Shown one piece after another: positions 9,288-18,399 of a stretch of 64,000 nucleotides of DNA (position 1 is its first letter; each line of letters opens with the position of its first letter). The position numbers were made by a program, and so were the translations under genes. The stretch is taken from positions 1,045,365-1,109,364 of the forward strand of contig CAWDQV010000001.1 of the NCBI GenBank assembly GCA_963804565.1, read 5' to 3'. The stretch comes from Candidatus Dormiibacterota bacterium (GTDB lineage: Bacteria; Chloroflexota; Dormibacteria; Aeolococcales; Bog-877). The notes below the pieces were generated by a model. It did no database searches. It was not told the DNA's origin and saw only the letters and a list, made by a program, of their open reading frames with translations.

Positions 9288-10271
9288 GTGGAGCAACGGA
9301 GCCTAGGCAATCAGGGATTGGTGGTATCGGAGCTGGGGCTGGGCTGCATGGGTATGTCGGAGTTCTACGGCCCCACCAACGATGAAGAGTCGATAGCCAC
9401 CATTGGCCGGGCTCTGGAACTGGGGATCACATTTCTTGACACCGCCGACATGTACGGGCCCTTTCACAACGAAAGGCTGGTTGGTCGGGCCGTCGAGGGT
9501 CGCCGTGACGAGGTGGTGTTGGCCACCAAATTCGGTAATCAAAGGCGAGAAGACGGGTCGTGGGTGGGCATCAATGGACGCCCCGAGTACGTGCATGCGG
9601 CCTGTGACGCATCGCTGACTCGGCTAGGGGTCGAGTACATCGACCTCTACTACCAGCACCGGGTGGATACCAAGGTTCCCATCGAGGAGACTGTCGGAGC
9701 GATGTCCGAGTTGGTCGACCAGGGCAAGGTTCGTTACCTAGGCCTCTCTGAGGCGTCTGCAGGGACGCTGAGTCGAGCCCATTCGGTTCATCCCATCAGC
9801 GCTCTGCAGACAGAGTTCTCCCTCTTCAGCCGCGAGCCCGAGACCGAACTGCTCCCCACCCTGCGTGAACTGGGCATTGGGTTCGTCGCGTACAGCCCGC
9901 TCGGCAGAGGGCTGCTGGCGGCCAAGCCGGCAGATCTCGCGGAGCTTGGCGAAGGCGATTTTCGGATCGAGCGCTATCCCCGCTTCATGGGAGAGAACCG
10001 CGAGCACAACCTGAAGTTGGCTCAGCTGGTCCGCGACATAGCGGAGACAAAGGGGGCCACCCCGGCCCAGCTCGCTCTGGCGTGGGTCCTACACCAGGGT
10101 TCTGACATCGTGGCCATCCCCGGAACCAAACGAATCCGCTACCTGGAAGAGAACGCGGCCTCGGCAGACCTCGAGTTGGACCCGGAGGCGTTACGGGCAC
10201 TCGATGATGCGCTTCCGGTCGGAGCGGCCCAGGGTGACCGCTACTCCGATATGAGCCGAGTCAACCTCTGA
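9288..10271 (+). CDS. aldo/keto reductase
   Basis: [13 protein letters not shown]...[11 protein letters not shown]...ATKFG motifs. A GTG start at 9288 is preceded by a strong RBS (AAGGAGGA). The listed ORF start at 9222 is probably too far upstream. Confidence 0.9.
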   Translation: MEQRSLGNQGLVVSELGLGCMGMSEFYGPTNDEESIATIGRALELGITFLDTADMYGPFHNERLVGRAVEGRRDEVVLATKFGNQRREDGSWVGINGRPEYVHAACDASLTRLGVEYIDLYYQHRVDTKVPIEETVGAMSELVDQGKVRYLGLSEASAGTLSRAHSVHPISALQTEFSLFSREPETELLPTLRELGIGFVAYSPLGRGLLAAKPADLAELGEGDFRIERYPRFMGENREHNLKLAQLVRDIAETKGATPAQLALAWVLHQGSDIVAIPGTKRIRYLEENAASADLELDPEALRALDDALPVGAAQGDRYSDMSRVNL

Positions 10272-10489
10272 GGAGCGGCCTCTCTCATCCCGTACCCAAT
10301 CCGAGCGCGTGCAACCGGCGTCACCACCGGTTGGGGCAAACAGGTCCCGGCCTCGGGTACCGCCGACTTCCCTTTCCGCGGGCGGGCCACAATCAGACCG
10401 CCGAGCAGCCCGGCAGCACTAGATGAGGTATACAATGCGGGAGCGACCCCTACATTTCGCGGTCACGTCTTGGCCAAGTCGGAGCACCA

Positions 10490-10990
10490 TTGCGCTGCCC
10501 ATATTGCAATCACAACGACCTCCGGGTAGTTGACTCCCGGGACTCGGAGACCGGCGAAGCGATCCGGCGAAGGCGCGCATGCAACAGCTGTGGCAAGCGG
10601 TTCACCACCTACGAGCGGATCGAGTCGATTCCCTTCTACATCGTCAAGAAGGATGGACGACGCGAGGACTTCGACCGGGCCAAGCTCTTTCAAGGGTTGA
10701 TGAACGCCTGCAAGAAGCGGGACATCTCGCCGACGGTGATCTCCCAGATGGTCGAGGAGATCGAGGCGGAGCTTCGGGGTCGAGGCCACTCCGAGCTTCC
10801 CAGCGTTGAGGTCGGCGAGCTGGTGATGGAGCATCTGCGCAAGCTCGACGACGTGGCCTACGTTCGCTTCGCCTCGGTCTACCGCTCCTTCCGGGACGTC
10901 TCCGAGGTACGTAACGAGATCGACCACCTGCTATCGGACTCGCCGGACGGGAGCTCTCCCAAGCGGGCCAGGCGGGCCCAGCTGCGCTGA
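10490..10990 (+). CDS. nrdR: transcriptional repressor NrdR
   Basis: N-terminal zinc ribbon MRCPYCNHND...CNSCGKRFTTYER followed by an ATP-cone domain. The start codon is TTG. Confidence 0.95.
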   Translation: MRCPYCNHNDLRVVDSRDSETGEAIRRRRACNSCGKRFTTYERIESIPFYIVKKDGRREDFDRAKLFQGLMNACKKRDISPTVISQMVEEIEAELRGRGHSELPSVEVGELVMEHLRKLDDVAYVRFASVYRSFRDVSEVRNEIDHLLSDSPDGSSPKRARRAQLR

Positions 10991-11022
10991 CCGGCCCCAC
11001 GCTCGCGGACCGGCTGGCGGAC

Positions 11023-11685
11023 GTGCTGGCGTCGGTCCGCCAGGCTGAGAGCCTTCACGGTCGGCCGGAGGGGAGCGTAGCTCTGCTGCCGGTCACCAAG
11101 GGACACCCACCCGAGGTAGCCCGGCACGCGGCCGATCTGGGGCTCACCGAACTGGGAGAGAACTACCTCCAAGAGTGCGTCGCCAAACAGCGCCTTCTCG
11201 TGGACTCGGGGGTGGCCAACGTGCGCTGGCACTTGCTCGGGCACCTGCAGCGCAACAAGGCCCGCCCGGCCGCCCAGCTATTCCACCGGATAGAGAGCGT
11301 CGACAGCTTCGAGGTGGCTGAGCTGCTATCCGGATTCCGGAACGAGACTCATAGGCTCAAGGTTCTCTTGGAGGTCGAGCTGACAGGACTGCCAAAGCGC
11401 ACCGGCTTCCAACCGAGCCGCTTGATGGAAGAGATGCCCAGGCTGCTGCAGCTGGGCGGCATCGAGGTGGAAGGGCTGATGACCGTGGCCGCGCCGGGAA
11501 TGGCGCGTGAGTCCTTCGCCGCCTGCCGGGAGCTGGTCGAGCGGCTGCGCCATCTCAGCGGTCTCGCGCTGCCGATGCTCAGCATGGGCATGAGTGGGGA
11601 CTTCCGCGAGGCCATCGCCGAGGGCAGCACCGAGGTCCGGATCGGCAGTCTGCTTTTCGGCTCCCGGCCCCAGTTGCCCGACTGA
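11023..11685 (+). CDS. yggS: YggS-family pyridoxal-phosphate homeostasis protein
   Basis: LLPVTKGHP (the PLP lysine region), GENYLQE, and WHLLGHLQRNKA motifs. The start codon is GTG. Confidence 0.9.
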   Translation: MLASVRQAESLHGRPEGSVALLPVTKGHPPEVARHAADLGLTELGENYLQECVAKQRLLVDSGVANVRWHLLGHLQRNKARPAAQLFHRIESVDSFEVAELLSGFRNETHRLKVLLEVELTGLPKRTGFQPSRLMEEMPRLLQLGGIEVEGLMTVAAPGMARESFAACRELVERLRHLSGLALPMLSMGMSGDFREAIAEGSTEVRIGSLLFGSRPQLPD

Positions 11686-11699
11686 ACTAGTCCGCTTGC

Positions 11700-13247
11700 C
11701 TACCGCACCAGCACCGTCAGCTCCTGGTAGCCACTGGCACCGTTTGGGTAGGTATTCCCCTGCCCTGGCCGTTGGTAGTTGCCCCGCCCGTCGCGAGCGC
11801 GAACCCGCAGGGTGTAGAACCCGCTGGCCGGTCGCCAGGGGAAACTCCAAAGGGTCCAGGTGTAGGGCGAGAGAGGTGCTCTGATTTCCGCCTTGTTCCA
11901 GTTGCTGCTTCCATCCACGCTGATCTCCACCCGTGAGATTCCCCTGGTTCCGGCATAGGCGACGCCGGTCAAAAGATAAGTGCGTCCGGCGCTCAGGGAA
12001 CTGTTGCCGGAGGGGAAGTCGAACCTGGAGAAGATCTGGGGATAGGCGCCGGCGTTCCAGCCCTGCTGCTCCCAATATCCCAGGTAGGGATGGCCCGAGA
12101 AGCCGATGCTGGAGAGCCATTTGGGGTTCTTCATGCCGTAGTGGTCGACCACCAAGATCCGGGCCGGGAAACCGTGCAGAGCGGTCAGCGGTGCGCCATT
12201 GAGTCTGTCGGCCAGCAGCGTCGTCGGTGCCATCGCCTGGTCCAAGATCAGGCTTTCGGTGTAGCCGTCGACACAGCCGAAAACGACCTGCTCTGTCCCT
12301 GTCGGCACCCCTGCTCGCTGCAGCAGTCGGGACAGTTGGACGCCACGCCAGATGCCCGTGCTGATCAAGGTGCCGCCGATCGGGTTGGAGATGCACTCCA
12401 GAGTCTGGGTTTGGGTCAGGTGAGGCTCCGCGAGCAGGTCCTGGTAGCTGAGCGAATAGGGGTGAAGTCCCCCCACCTGGAGCCGCCAGGTTGCCGCGTC
12501 CACGGAGGGTGGTCCAAAGAGATCCTTGGAGACCACGTAGAAGTCGGCCGTGGGCGTGAGCCCGCTGGGTAGTTGGTCCCCCAGGCCGCCCGGGGAATTG
12601 CCCAGGCGCGGCAGTGGCGGGGAACTGGCGGTGAGCACGTCCAGACCCAGATAGCCGAGGGTGGCGACTCCCAGGATGCCGCCGGCGCCCGCCAGGAAAG
12701 TGCGCCTGGGGAATGTCCCATCGGCCGACCGACTCAGCCGCGCGGGCTGGCTGCCTCCTCGCTGCGGCATCCCCAGAAAGAGTTCGATGAGCCCGGTAAG
12801 GAGGAGCCAGTCCGCCAGGGCGGCGGGGGTGGATGGCACCGAAAGGGATCCTTCCCCGAGCGCGATCAGGGGCAGGGTAAGCACCCAGAGCCCAAGCGCC
12901 GGCAAGAGCCAGCGCACCAATGAGCGCCCTCGGCGAATTGCCGGGGCGGCGGGATAGGGGGCGACCGCCATCCAGCTCCACCCTGCCATCCATCGGCCCA
13001 GGGTGGCGCCCACCAAAATGACGAAGATCGAGGTCCCGAACAGGAGCAGCGGCCGGCCCCTTTCCTGGAGCGCGTCGATCAGCGTGCCGAAGACGCTTCC
13101 TGGGAGAAGCAGCGCCATCCCGTCCCCGATCACCTCACTGAGAAACGGCACGCCGAAGGTGATCCGCACCAAGAGCGTGGCACCCAGGGTGAGTCCCGCC
13201 GCGCAAGCCCCCAACAAGGCGCCGTTGGGCTGGCGTGGCTTGGTCAC
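11700..13247 (-). CDS. sulfite oxidase-family molybdopterin oxidoreductase with an N-terminal 4-TM membrane domain and an internal twin-arginine motif
   Basis: 515 aa. Residues about 1-165 form four hydrophobic helices. Then comes PRRTFLAGAGGILGVATLGYLG (an RRxFL Tat-like motif plus h-region). After that is a Moco-binding domain (LECISNPIGG...GVQLSRLL...HGFPARILVVDHYGMKNPKWL) and a C-terminal Mo-co dimerisation (Ig-like) domain. Confidence 0.75.
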   Translation of the reverse strand: MTKPRQPNGALLGACAAGLTLGATLLVRITFGVPFLSEVIGDGMALLLPGSVFGTLIDALQERGRPLLLFGTSIFVILVGATLGRWMAGWSWMAVAPYPAAPAIRRGRSLVRWLLPALGLWVLTLPLIALGEGSLSVPSTPAALADWLLLTGLIELFLGMPQRGGSQPARLSRSADGTFPRRTFLAGAGGILGVATLGYLGLDVLTASSPPLPRLGNSPGGLGDQLPSGLTPTADFYVVSKDLFGPPSVDAATWRLQVGGLHPYSLSYQDLLAEPHLTQTQTLECISNPIGGTLISTGIWRGVQLSRLLQRAGVPTGTEQVVFGCVDGYTESLILDQAMAPTTLLADRLNGAPLTALHGFPARILVVDHYGMKNPKWLSSIGFSGHPYLGYWEQQGWNAGAYPQIFSRFDFPSGNSSLSAGRTYLLTGVAYAGTRGISRVEISVDGSSNWNKAEIRAPLSPYTWTLWSFPWRPASGFYTLRVRARDGRGNYQRPGQGNTYPNGASGYQELTVLVR

Positions 13248-13286
13248 GTGCTCAGGGAGTGGTGCAATAGGCCGTTGCGAAGAGGC

Positions 13287-13988
13287 TCACGGGTTGAGCT
13301 TTTGACCCAGAAACTCCAGTGATCGCTGCCAGGACAGCTGGTCTGCCTCCTGGTGGTAGACCTCTGGCCGGTCCTCGTTGGTGAAGGCGTGCTGGCCGCC
13401 TGGGTAGGAATGGAATGAGTGACTTACTTGGGCTGCCGTCAGGGCTTCGTCCAGCTTGTGGGCCGCTTCCGGGGAAGCGAAGTCGTCGTGGTCGCCGAAG
13501 TGGCCCAGGACGGATCCCTCGATCTTGCTCAGATCGGTCTCGGGGCTGGGCACCCCGTAGAAATCGATCACGGCACCTACCTTGTCATGGCTGGCGGCAA
13601 GCGTGATAGCCAGCCCGCCGCCCATGCAGTAGCCAACCGTTCCGACATACTCGCCCCTTGCTTCCCCGGAGCTGAGCAGATAGTCCACCGCTCCCCGGAG
13701 CTCCTTGGCGGCGCGCGCCTCGTCGAGCGCCATCATCGCCTTGCCAGCTTCGTCCGGCTCATGGAACCCGACCACCCTGCCGTGGTACAGGTCCGGAACC
13801 AAGGCGGTGTAGCCGGCCTCGGCAAAGCGATCTGCGGTTCGCTTGATCTGGTCGTTGAGCCCCCACCACTCCTGGATAACGACCAGGCCTGGCCCCGGGC
13901 CACCCGGCGGCACGCTGAGGTAGCCGGTGGCCATGTTGCCGTTGCTCGGGAACTCAACCATCCGTCCGGCCATCACGAATCCCTCCAT
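13287..13988 (-). CDS. dienelactone hydrolase family protein
   Basis: alpha/beta-hydrolase nucleophile motif GYCMGG and the DLH-type sequence VIQEWWGLNDQIK. The start is ambiguous: the listed ORF begins at 14030, and internal ATGs at 13988 and 13973 are more typical. Confidence 0.8.
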   Translation of the reverse strand: MEGFVMAGRMVEFPSNGNMATGYLSVPPGGPGPGLVVIQEWWGLNDQIKRTADRFAEAGYTALVPDLYHGRVVGFHEPDEAGKAMMALDEARAAKELRGAVDYLLSSGEARGEYVGTVGYCMGGGLAITLAASHDKVGAVIDFYGVPSPETDLSKIEGSVLGHFGDHDDFASPEAAHKLDEALTAAQVSHSFHSYPGGQHAFTNEDRPEVYHQEADQLSWQRSLEFLGQKLNP

Positions 13989-14063
13989 TTCTCGAGCTCC
14001 CCGGGCCTGCGGCCCCCCGCTGGTCAACAATAATCAGCCTGGGGCCGGAGGCAAAGGCCCCGG

Positions 14064-15761
14064 TCAGTGCCGAGCCGGCCGCAGATCCCGCAGCAGCAGC
14101 CGGGCCTGCCGCCTGCCACGCCAGGAGTCCACCTCCAACTCGAACAGGGCGTCGACCTTCCTCCCGGCTGGGAGGTGAGCGCGCAGGTGCGGCCGGCTGA
14201 AGCTGATCGCCTCGGCGCTTCCAGTGTCGTCAGAGAGGATCACCTTGAGATGGTCGCCGGTCCTCCCCAGGCTCTCGGTGCGAACCACGGTAAGCCCGCT
14301 GGCGCAGAGCAGGACAGACGGGTTTCCCATGCCGCAAGGCTGAAGAAGGAGCAAGTCCTCGGCTAATCGGAGGCTGCACTCCCGCAATCCCACCTCGGCA
14401 TCCACCCGAAAGGAGCGAAGCGGCTGGCGCTCCCCGAGTTGGTCCCGCACTGCGGCTACCAGGCGATTCTCAAACTCCTTTGCGGCTCCTTCGTCAGGGG
14501 CCAGGCTGAAACCGCCCGCCGAGATGTGTCCGCCGTAACTGATCAGGCGATCCGAGCACGCCCGGAGCGCGTCGACCACATTCAGTCCGGGAACTCCCCG
14601 GGCTGACCCCCTCCACTTGTCCCCGGTCCTGCTGTAGACGAAGGCGGGCCGACCGAACTCCTCGGCGAGGCGCCCGGCCACCAGCCCCACTACCCCGGGG
14701 ATGATCTCCGCTGAGCCGAGCGCGATCACCGGCAGCTCGTCGGGCAGCTCATCGACGATGACTCTGGCGAGCGTGAGCGCCGTGGATAGCGACGCCCGCC
14801 GAGTCCGGTTGAGTGACTCCAGTTTCGATGCGGCCTCGGCCGCCTCAACCGCATCGTCGGCAAGACAGCAGCGGAGGGCCAGGGCAGCGTCGTCCATGCG
14901 TCCCGCGGCGTTGATCCTCGGACCCAGGCCGAACCCCAAATCTCCACTCGTGGGAGTTCCGTCGACGCCCGCCAGTTTGGCCAACTGGACAAGCCCCCGG
15001 GGAGCGTGGTTCTCCCAGGCGGCGAGGCCTTGCCGCACCAGCCACCGGTTCTCGTCCTGGAGAGGCATCATGTCAGCCACCGTTCCCAGTGCCACCAGCG
15101 GCAGCTGGGCGGTCGCGGTGCCGTCGGCAAGGAGCCCGGCAGCCTCCATCGCGCGAACCAGCTTGTAGGCGACCCCGACGCCGGCCAGCCCCTTGAACGG
15201 GTACTGGTCGTCGGGGCGTTGGGGGTTGACAAGGGCATCCGCCGGGGCCAGCTCGACCCCGGCAGCACCATCTTCCCGATGCGGCAAGTGGTGGTCGGTA
15301 ATGATCAGCTTGAGCCCCTCTGGACGGTTCCTGGCCACCTCGACCGCGGTCGTGCCGCAGTCCACGGTGATGACCAGTCGCGCGCCCTGCCGGTGCAGTT
15401 CCACCAGCGCCTGGGAATTCAGACCGTACCCCTCGCTCTCCCGCTGGGGGATATAGGCGATCGGCCGGTGCCCCGCTGCCCGGAAGGCTCGAACCAGCAG
15501 GGCGCAGGCGGTCACACCATCCGCGTCGTAGTCGCCGTAGATCGCGATCTGCTCGTCGTCGGTCACGGCGGCGCGAATCAGCTCGACGGCGCGTCCCATA
15601 TCAGACAAAAGGAGCGGATCGAACTCCTCACCGGTGGCCACCGCCCGCGCTCGGGCGACCTCAGGCGAGCTGCCTCTCGATCGGGTCACTCGGTCAAATG
15701 CGGAAGCGGCCTGGTCCGCCTCGGCGCCGGGCAGCGTCCACTCCCTGGCGGCGCGTTTCAA
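14064..15761 (-). CDS. recJ: single-stranded-DNA-specific exonuclease RecJ
   Basis: DHH motifs (IAIYGDYDADGVTA...ITDHH) and a DHHA1 domain. 565 aa. Confidence 0.9.
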   Translation of the reverse strand: MKRAAREWTLPGAEADQAASAFDRVTRSRGSSPEVARARAVATGEEFDPLLLSDMGRAVELIRAAVTDDEQIAIYGDYDADGVTACALLVRAFRAAGHRPIAYIPQRESEGYGLNSQALVELHRQGARLVITVDCGTTAVEVARNRPEGLKLIITDHHLPHREDGAAGVELAPADALVNPQRPDDQYPFKGLAGVGVAYKLVRAMEAAGLLADGTATAQLPLVALGTVADMMPLQDENRWLVRQGLAAWENHAPRGLVQLAKLAGVDGTPTSGDLGFGLGPRINAAGRMDDAALALRCCLADDAVEAAEAASKLESLNRTRRASLSTALTLARVIVDELPDELPVIALGSAEIIPGVVGLVAGRLAEEFGRPAFVYSRTGDKWRGSARGVPGLNVVDALRACSDRLISYGGHISAGGFSLAPDEGAAKEFENRLVAAVRDQLGERQPLRSFRVDAEVGLRECSLRLAEDLLLLQPCGMGNPSVLLCASGLTVVRTESLGRTGDHLKVILSDDTGSAEAISFSRPHLRAHLPAGRKVDALFELEVDSWRGRRQARLLLRDLRPARH

Positions 15762-15863
15762 TTCATTCTGGACAGATGCGGTCGCGCTTCACGTGGCAAG
15801 GGCTCACCCGGCTTCGATTCTAGCCCGCCCACCAGGGGCTTCCCACAGAGGACACTTGGCGGT

Positions 15864-16361
15864 GTGAGGCGGAGCAAATCAGGTCGCCCTCCGGAGACCG
15901 AGGAGGAAGCTCGGGCCAAGGCGGAGCGGCGCTACCGCAGCCTCCAGGTGTCGACCTTCTGCCTGCACGCGCTGGCTTGGATCCTGGTCACCTTCTACGC
16001 GACCGATTACCTCCCCCCGCTCTTCGTCAAGTTCACCATCGGAGTCAACGAGCCAGCGGTAGCCCAGTATCTCGCCGGCTACCTCATCTTGAGCGCGATC
16101 TGCCTGGTGCTCTCGATCAGCTTCGGCTGCTTCTACGGGCGACCAATCAGCACCAGCCGCTACTCATGGCGCTGGTACGTATTTCCGGTGATTCTGGCAC
16201 TGGTTCTGATCCCGGCCCAGGGCTCCAACGAACTCTTGACCAGGGCAGTTGAGGCGGTGTGCCTAGTGCCGGGGATATGGCTCGGGGTTGCAGTCAGCCG
16301 GCCGTGGCAGAGACGGCGACTCCGGCGACGTCCCGCTCGAGGTCGCGTGGCCGCGCCGTGA
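15864..16361 (+). CDS. small hypothetical membrane protein (about 4 TM helices, basic C-terminal tail)
   Basis: This is the only strongly GC3-biased, hydrophobic reading frame in the 530-bp gap between the recJ start and the fbiC end (STFCLHALAWILVTFYATDYL..., four predicted helices). A GTG at 15864 is preceded by GAGGA. An alternative GTG lies at 15948. The 3' end overlaps fbiC convergently by about 67 nt. Confidence 0.4.
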   Translation: MRRSKSGRPPETEEEARAKAERRYRSLQVSTFCLHALAWILVTFYATDYLPPLFVKFTIGVNEPAVAQYLAGYLILSAICLVLSISFGCFYGRPISTSRYSWRWYVFPVILALVLIPAQGSNELLTRAVEAVCLVPGIWLGVAVSRPWQRRRLRRRPARGRVAAP

Positions 16362-18308
16362 CCGGCCGGTAGAGCGTGTCGCGCTCCCGGGGAGTCCGTC
16401 CAGCACCCCGGATAGCGGCCTCGATATCCCAGGGATCGAGGTTCTGGCCATGGTCCGCCCCGCTCATCCGGGTGATCGACTCTTCCATAAGGGTTCCCCC
16501 GAAGTCATTTGCTCCCCAACGCAGCGACTCGGCGACTCCCTCGGGTCCCAGCTTCACCCAACTGGTCTGAATGTTGGGAATGTCGCTGCCGAAGTAGAGC
16601 CGGCAGAAGGCGGTGAACCGCAGGGAATCCTCGAGGGTGAGCGGCTCGCGAATGCCGAAGTACTTGCCCAGGGTGTTGTGCTGGACCTGGAATGGCAGCA
16701 GCACGAACTCACTTATCCCACCCGTCTCGCGCTGAAGGTTACGAATCACCTCCAGGTGCTGAAGTCGATGCCAGGGGTTCTCGATATGTCCGTACATGAT
16801 CGTCGAAGTCGTGGGGATTCCCACTCGGTGGGCGGTCTTGACGATCTCCACCCACTCCGAAGTGGTGAGTTTCTCGGGGCAGAGAATCCGGCGCACCTCC
16901 TCGACCAGGATCTCCGCGGCGGTTCCCGGCATGGTGCCCAAGCCGGCATCTTTCAACTGGCGTAGGACGTCTTCGACCGATCGTCCGGCCTCTTGGGAGA
17001 TGTAGCGAATCTCCTCCGGCGAGAGTGCGTGAAGGTGCAGCGTCGGCCAGCGCTCCTTGATCTCCCGGAAAAGCTGGTCGTAGAACCCGAGGTTCAACTC
17101 CGGGGTGAGTCCGGACTGCATGCAGATCTCGGTGGCCCCGCGATCGACCGCGTCCTCGATCTTGGCAAAGACGGTGTCGTGGTCATGGAAGTAGGCGCCC
17201 TTGGCGTTGATCGAGCTGCGCCGGAACCCGCAGAACGAACAGCTGCCGACGCAGACGTTGCTGATGTTTACGTTGCGATTGATCACGTAGGTGACCGTGT
17301 CCCCGACCAGTTCCTGGCGGAGCTTGTCGGCCGCCGGCTGAAGATCGGCGAGCGACTCCTGGTAGACGGGGAGTCTCTCCTGGAGGTGGTAGCCGAGGGT
17401 TCGGGCCTTGGCGGCCAGCTCCACTTCGCTGGGCCAATCGAACGCTGGGCTCACCGAGTCGCCATCCAGGGATATCCCACCGAGGTCGGTCGCTCCGGCC
17501 TCGACGAGTGATGGCCAGTTATCGAAATTGAGGTTCGGCGGAACCTGGACTGCGACATCGCTTGGCAGGATTGCCCGGGCCATCTCCACGGTGGCCCGCA
17601 CCGTCTCGGGGTCAGGGGCTGGCTGATCGGCCATCGGCGTGTCGGGCTTGGGGATGAAGTTCTGGACGATGACCTCTTGGATGTGCTGATGGCGCTGGTG
17701 GCAGTCCCGGATCAGTTCCAGGGCGTGCCGCCTGTCGTCCTCAGTCTCGCCAATCCCAACCAGGATGCCCGTCGTGAATGGAATCCCCAGCTCCCCGGCC
17801 GCCTCCAGGTGCGCCAGTCGCTCCTGATAGCGCTTGCCACCGCCCATGGCATGGGCCCGGATCTCGTCGGTGCCGGTCTCGAGCATCAGGCCCATCGATG
17901 CGTTCCAGGGCTGGAGGCGGGCCAGGCTGGCGCGCGAGAGCAGGCCTACATTGGTGTGGGGCAGCAGCCCGAGGCTCATCGCCCGGCGACACACCTCCTC
18001 GACCAGGTCGACGAACGCGTCCTCGTCGCGCAGACCGAGGTCGGGAAGGCGCCAAGGTTGCTCTCCGGCCATGATCAGCACCTCGCGGCAGCGCAGTCGG
18101 CTGGCCTCGGCCAGGTGGTGGTCGACCTCGGCCACGCTGATCAGCCCCCCTGATCCTTGCGGTACTCGCAGTAGCCGCAGCGTCGGTAGCAGCGGTAGGT
18201 GATGTCCACCGTGTAGCTGCGGCTGAAGGTCAGGTAGTGGGCGTGGTACTCCGGCTGGTGGCGAGTGGCGACGCCAGGCTGAACTGGGACGATCGCCTCA
18301 TAAGCCAT
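16294..18308 (-). CDS. fbiC: FO synthase FbiC (CofG/CofH fusion; 7,8-didemethyl-8-hydroxy-5-deazariboflavin synthase), interrupted by a 1-nt frameshift near 18137-18143
   Basis: The N-terminal fragment (18141-18308) carries the CofG radical-SAM motif TYRCYRRCGYCEY. The 613-aa body (16294-18135) carries the CofH radical-SAM motif CVGSCSFC plus CofG/CofH C-terminal regions. The two parts are in different frames, separated by a C6 (G6 on the coding strand) homopolymer. Adding one G would restore ...RKDQGGLISVAEVDHH.... A further frame change near 18310-18360 is possible. Confidence 0.8.
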
Positions 18309-18399
18309 GCCCAGATTATGAGACCAGGCCTGGGGGCCGGTCTCAGACTCCGGGTCGGGACCATCAGGCTGGAGAAGGCAGCTCGGTTCTTCTCCATGT

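Noticed and set aside
10272-10489. Possible NrdR-box or LexA-box upstream of nrdR (tatacaatgcgggagcgacccctacatttcgc)
   Set aside because: No convincing palindrome matching either the NrdR-box or the actinobacterial LexA-box consensus (TCGAAC-N4-GTTCGA) could be found by eye. Only a weak GC hairpin (CAACCGG-N8-CCGGTTG) is present.
11326-12993. 555-aa minus-strand ORF overlapping yggS and the sulfite-oxidase-family gene in another frame
   Set aside because: It is an alternative frame of the real molybdoenzyme gene. The product is low-complexity and Arg/Pro/Gly-rich with no recognisable domains.
14030-14064. GGGGCC-N9-GGCCCC hairpin between recJ and the dienelactone hydrolase gene as a terminator
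   Set aside because: The stem is short, with only a weak T-rich tract on the relevant strand. It may equally lie within the 5' region of the hydrolase gene, depending on its true start, so it is not reported as a feature.
15006-15860. N-terminal about 285 codons of the listed 451-aa plus-strand ORF
   Set aside because: It is antisense to recJ and its composition is junk-like. Only the portion downstream of the recJ start (15864 onward) looks like a genuine small membrane protein.
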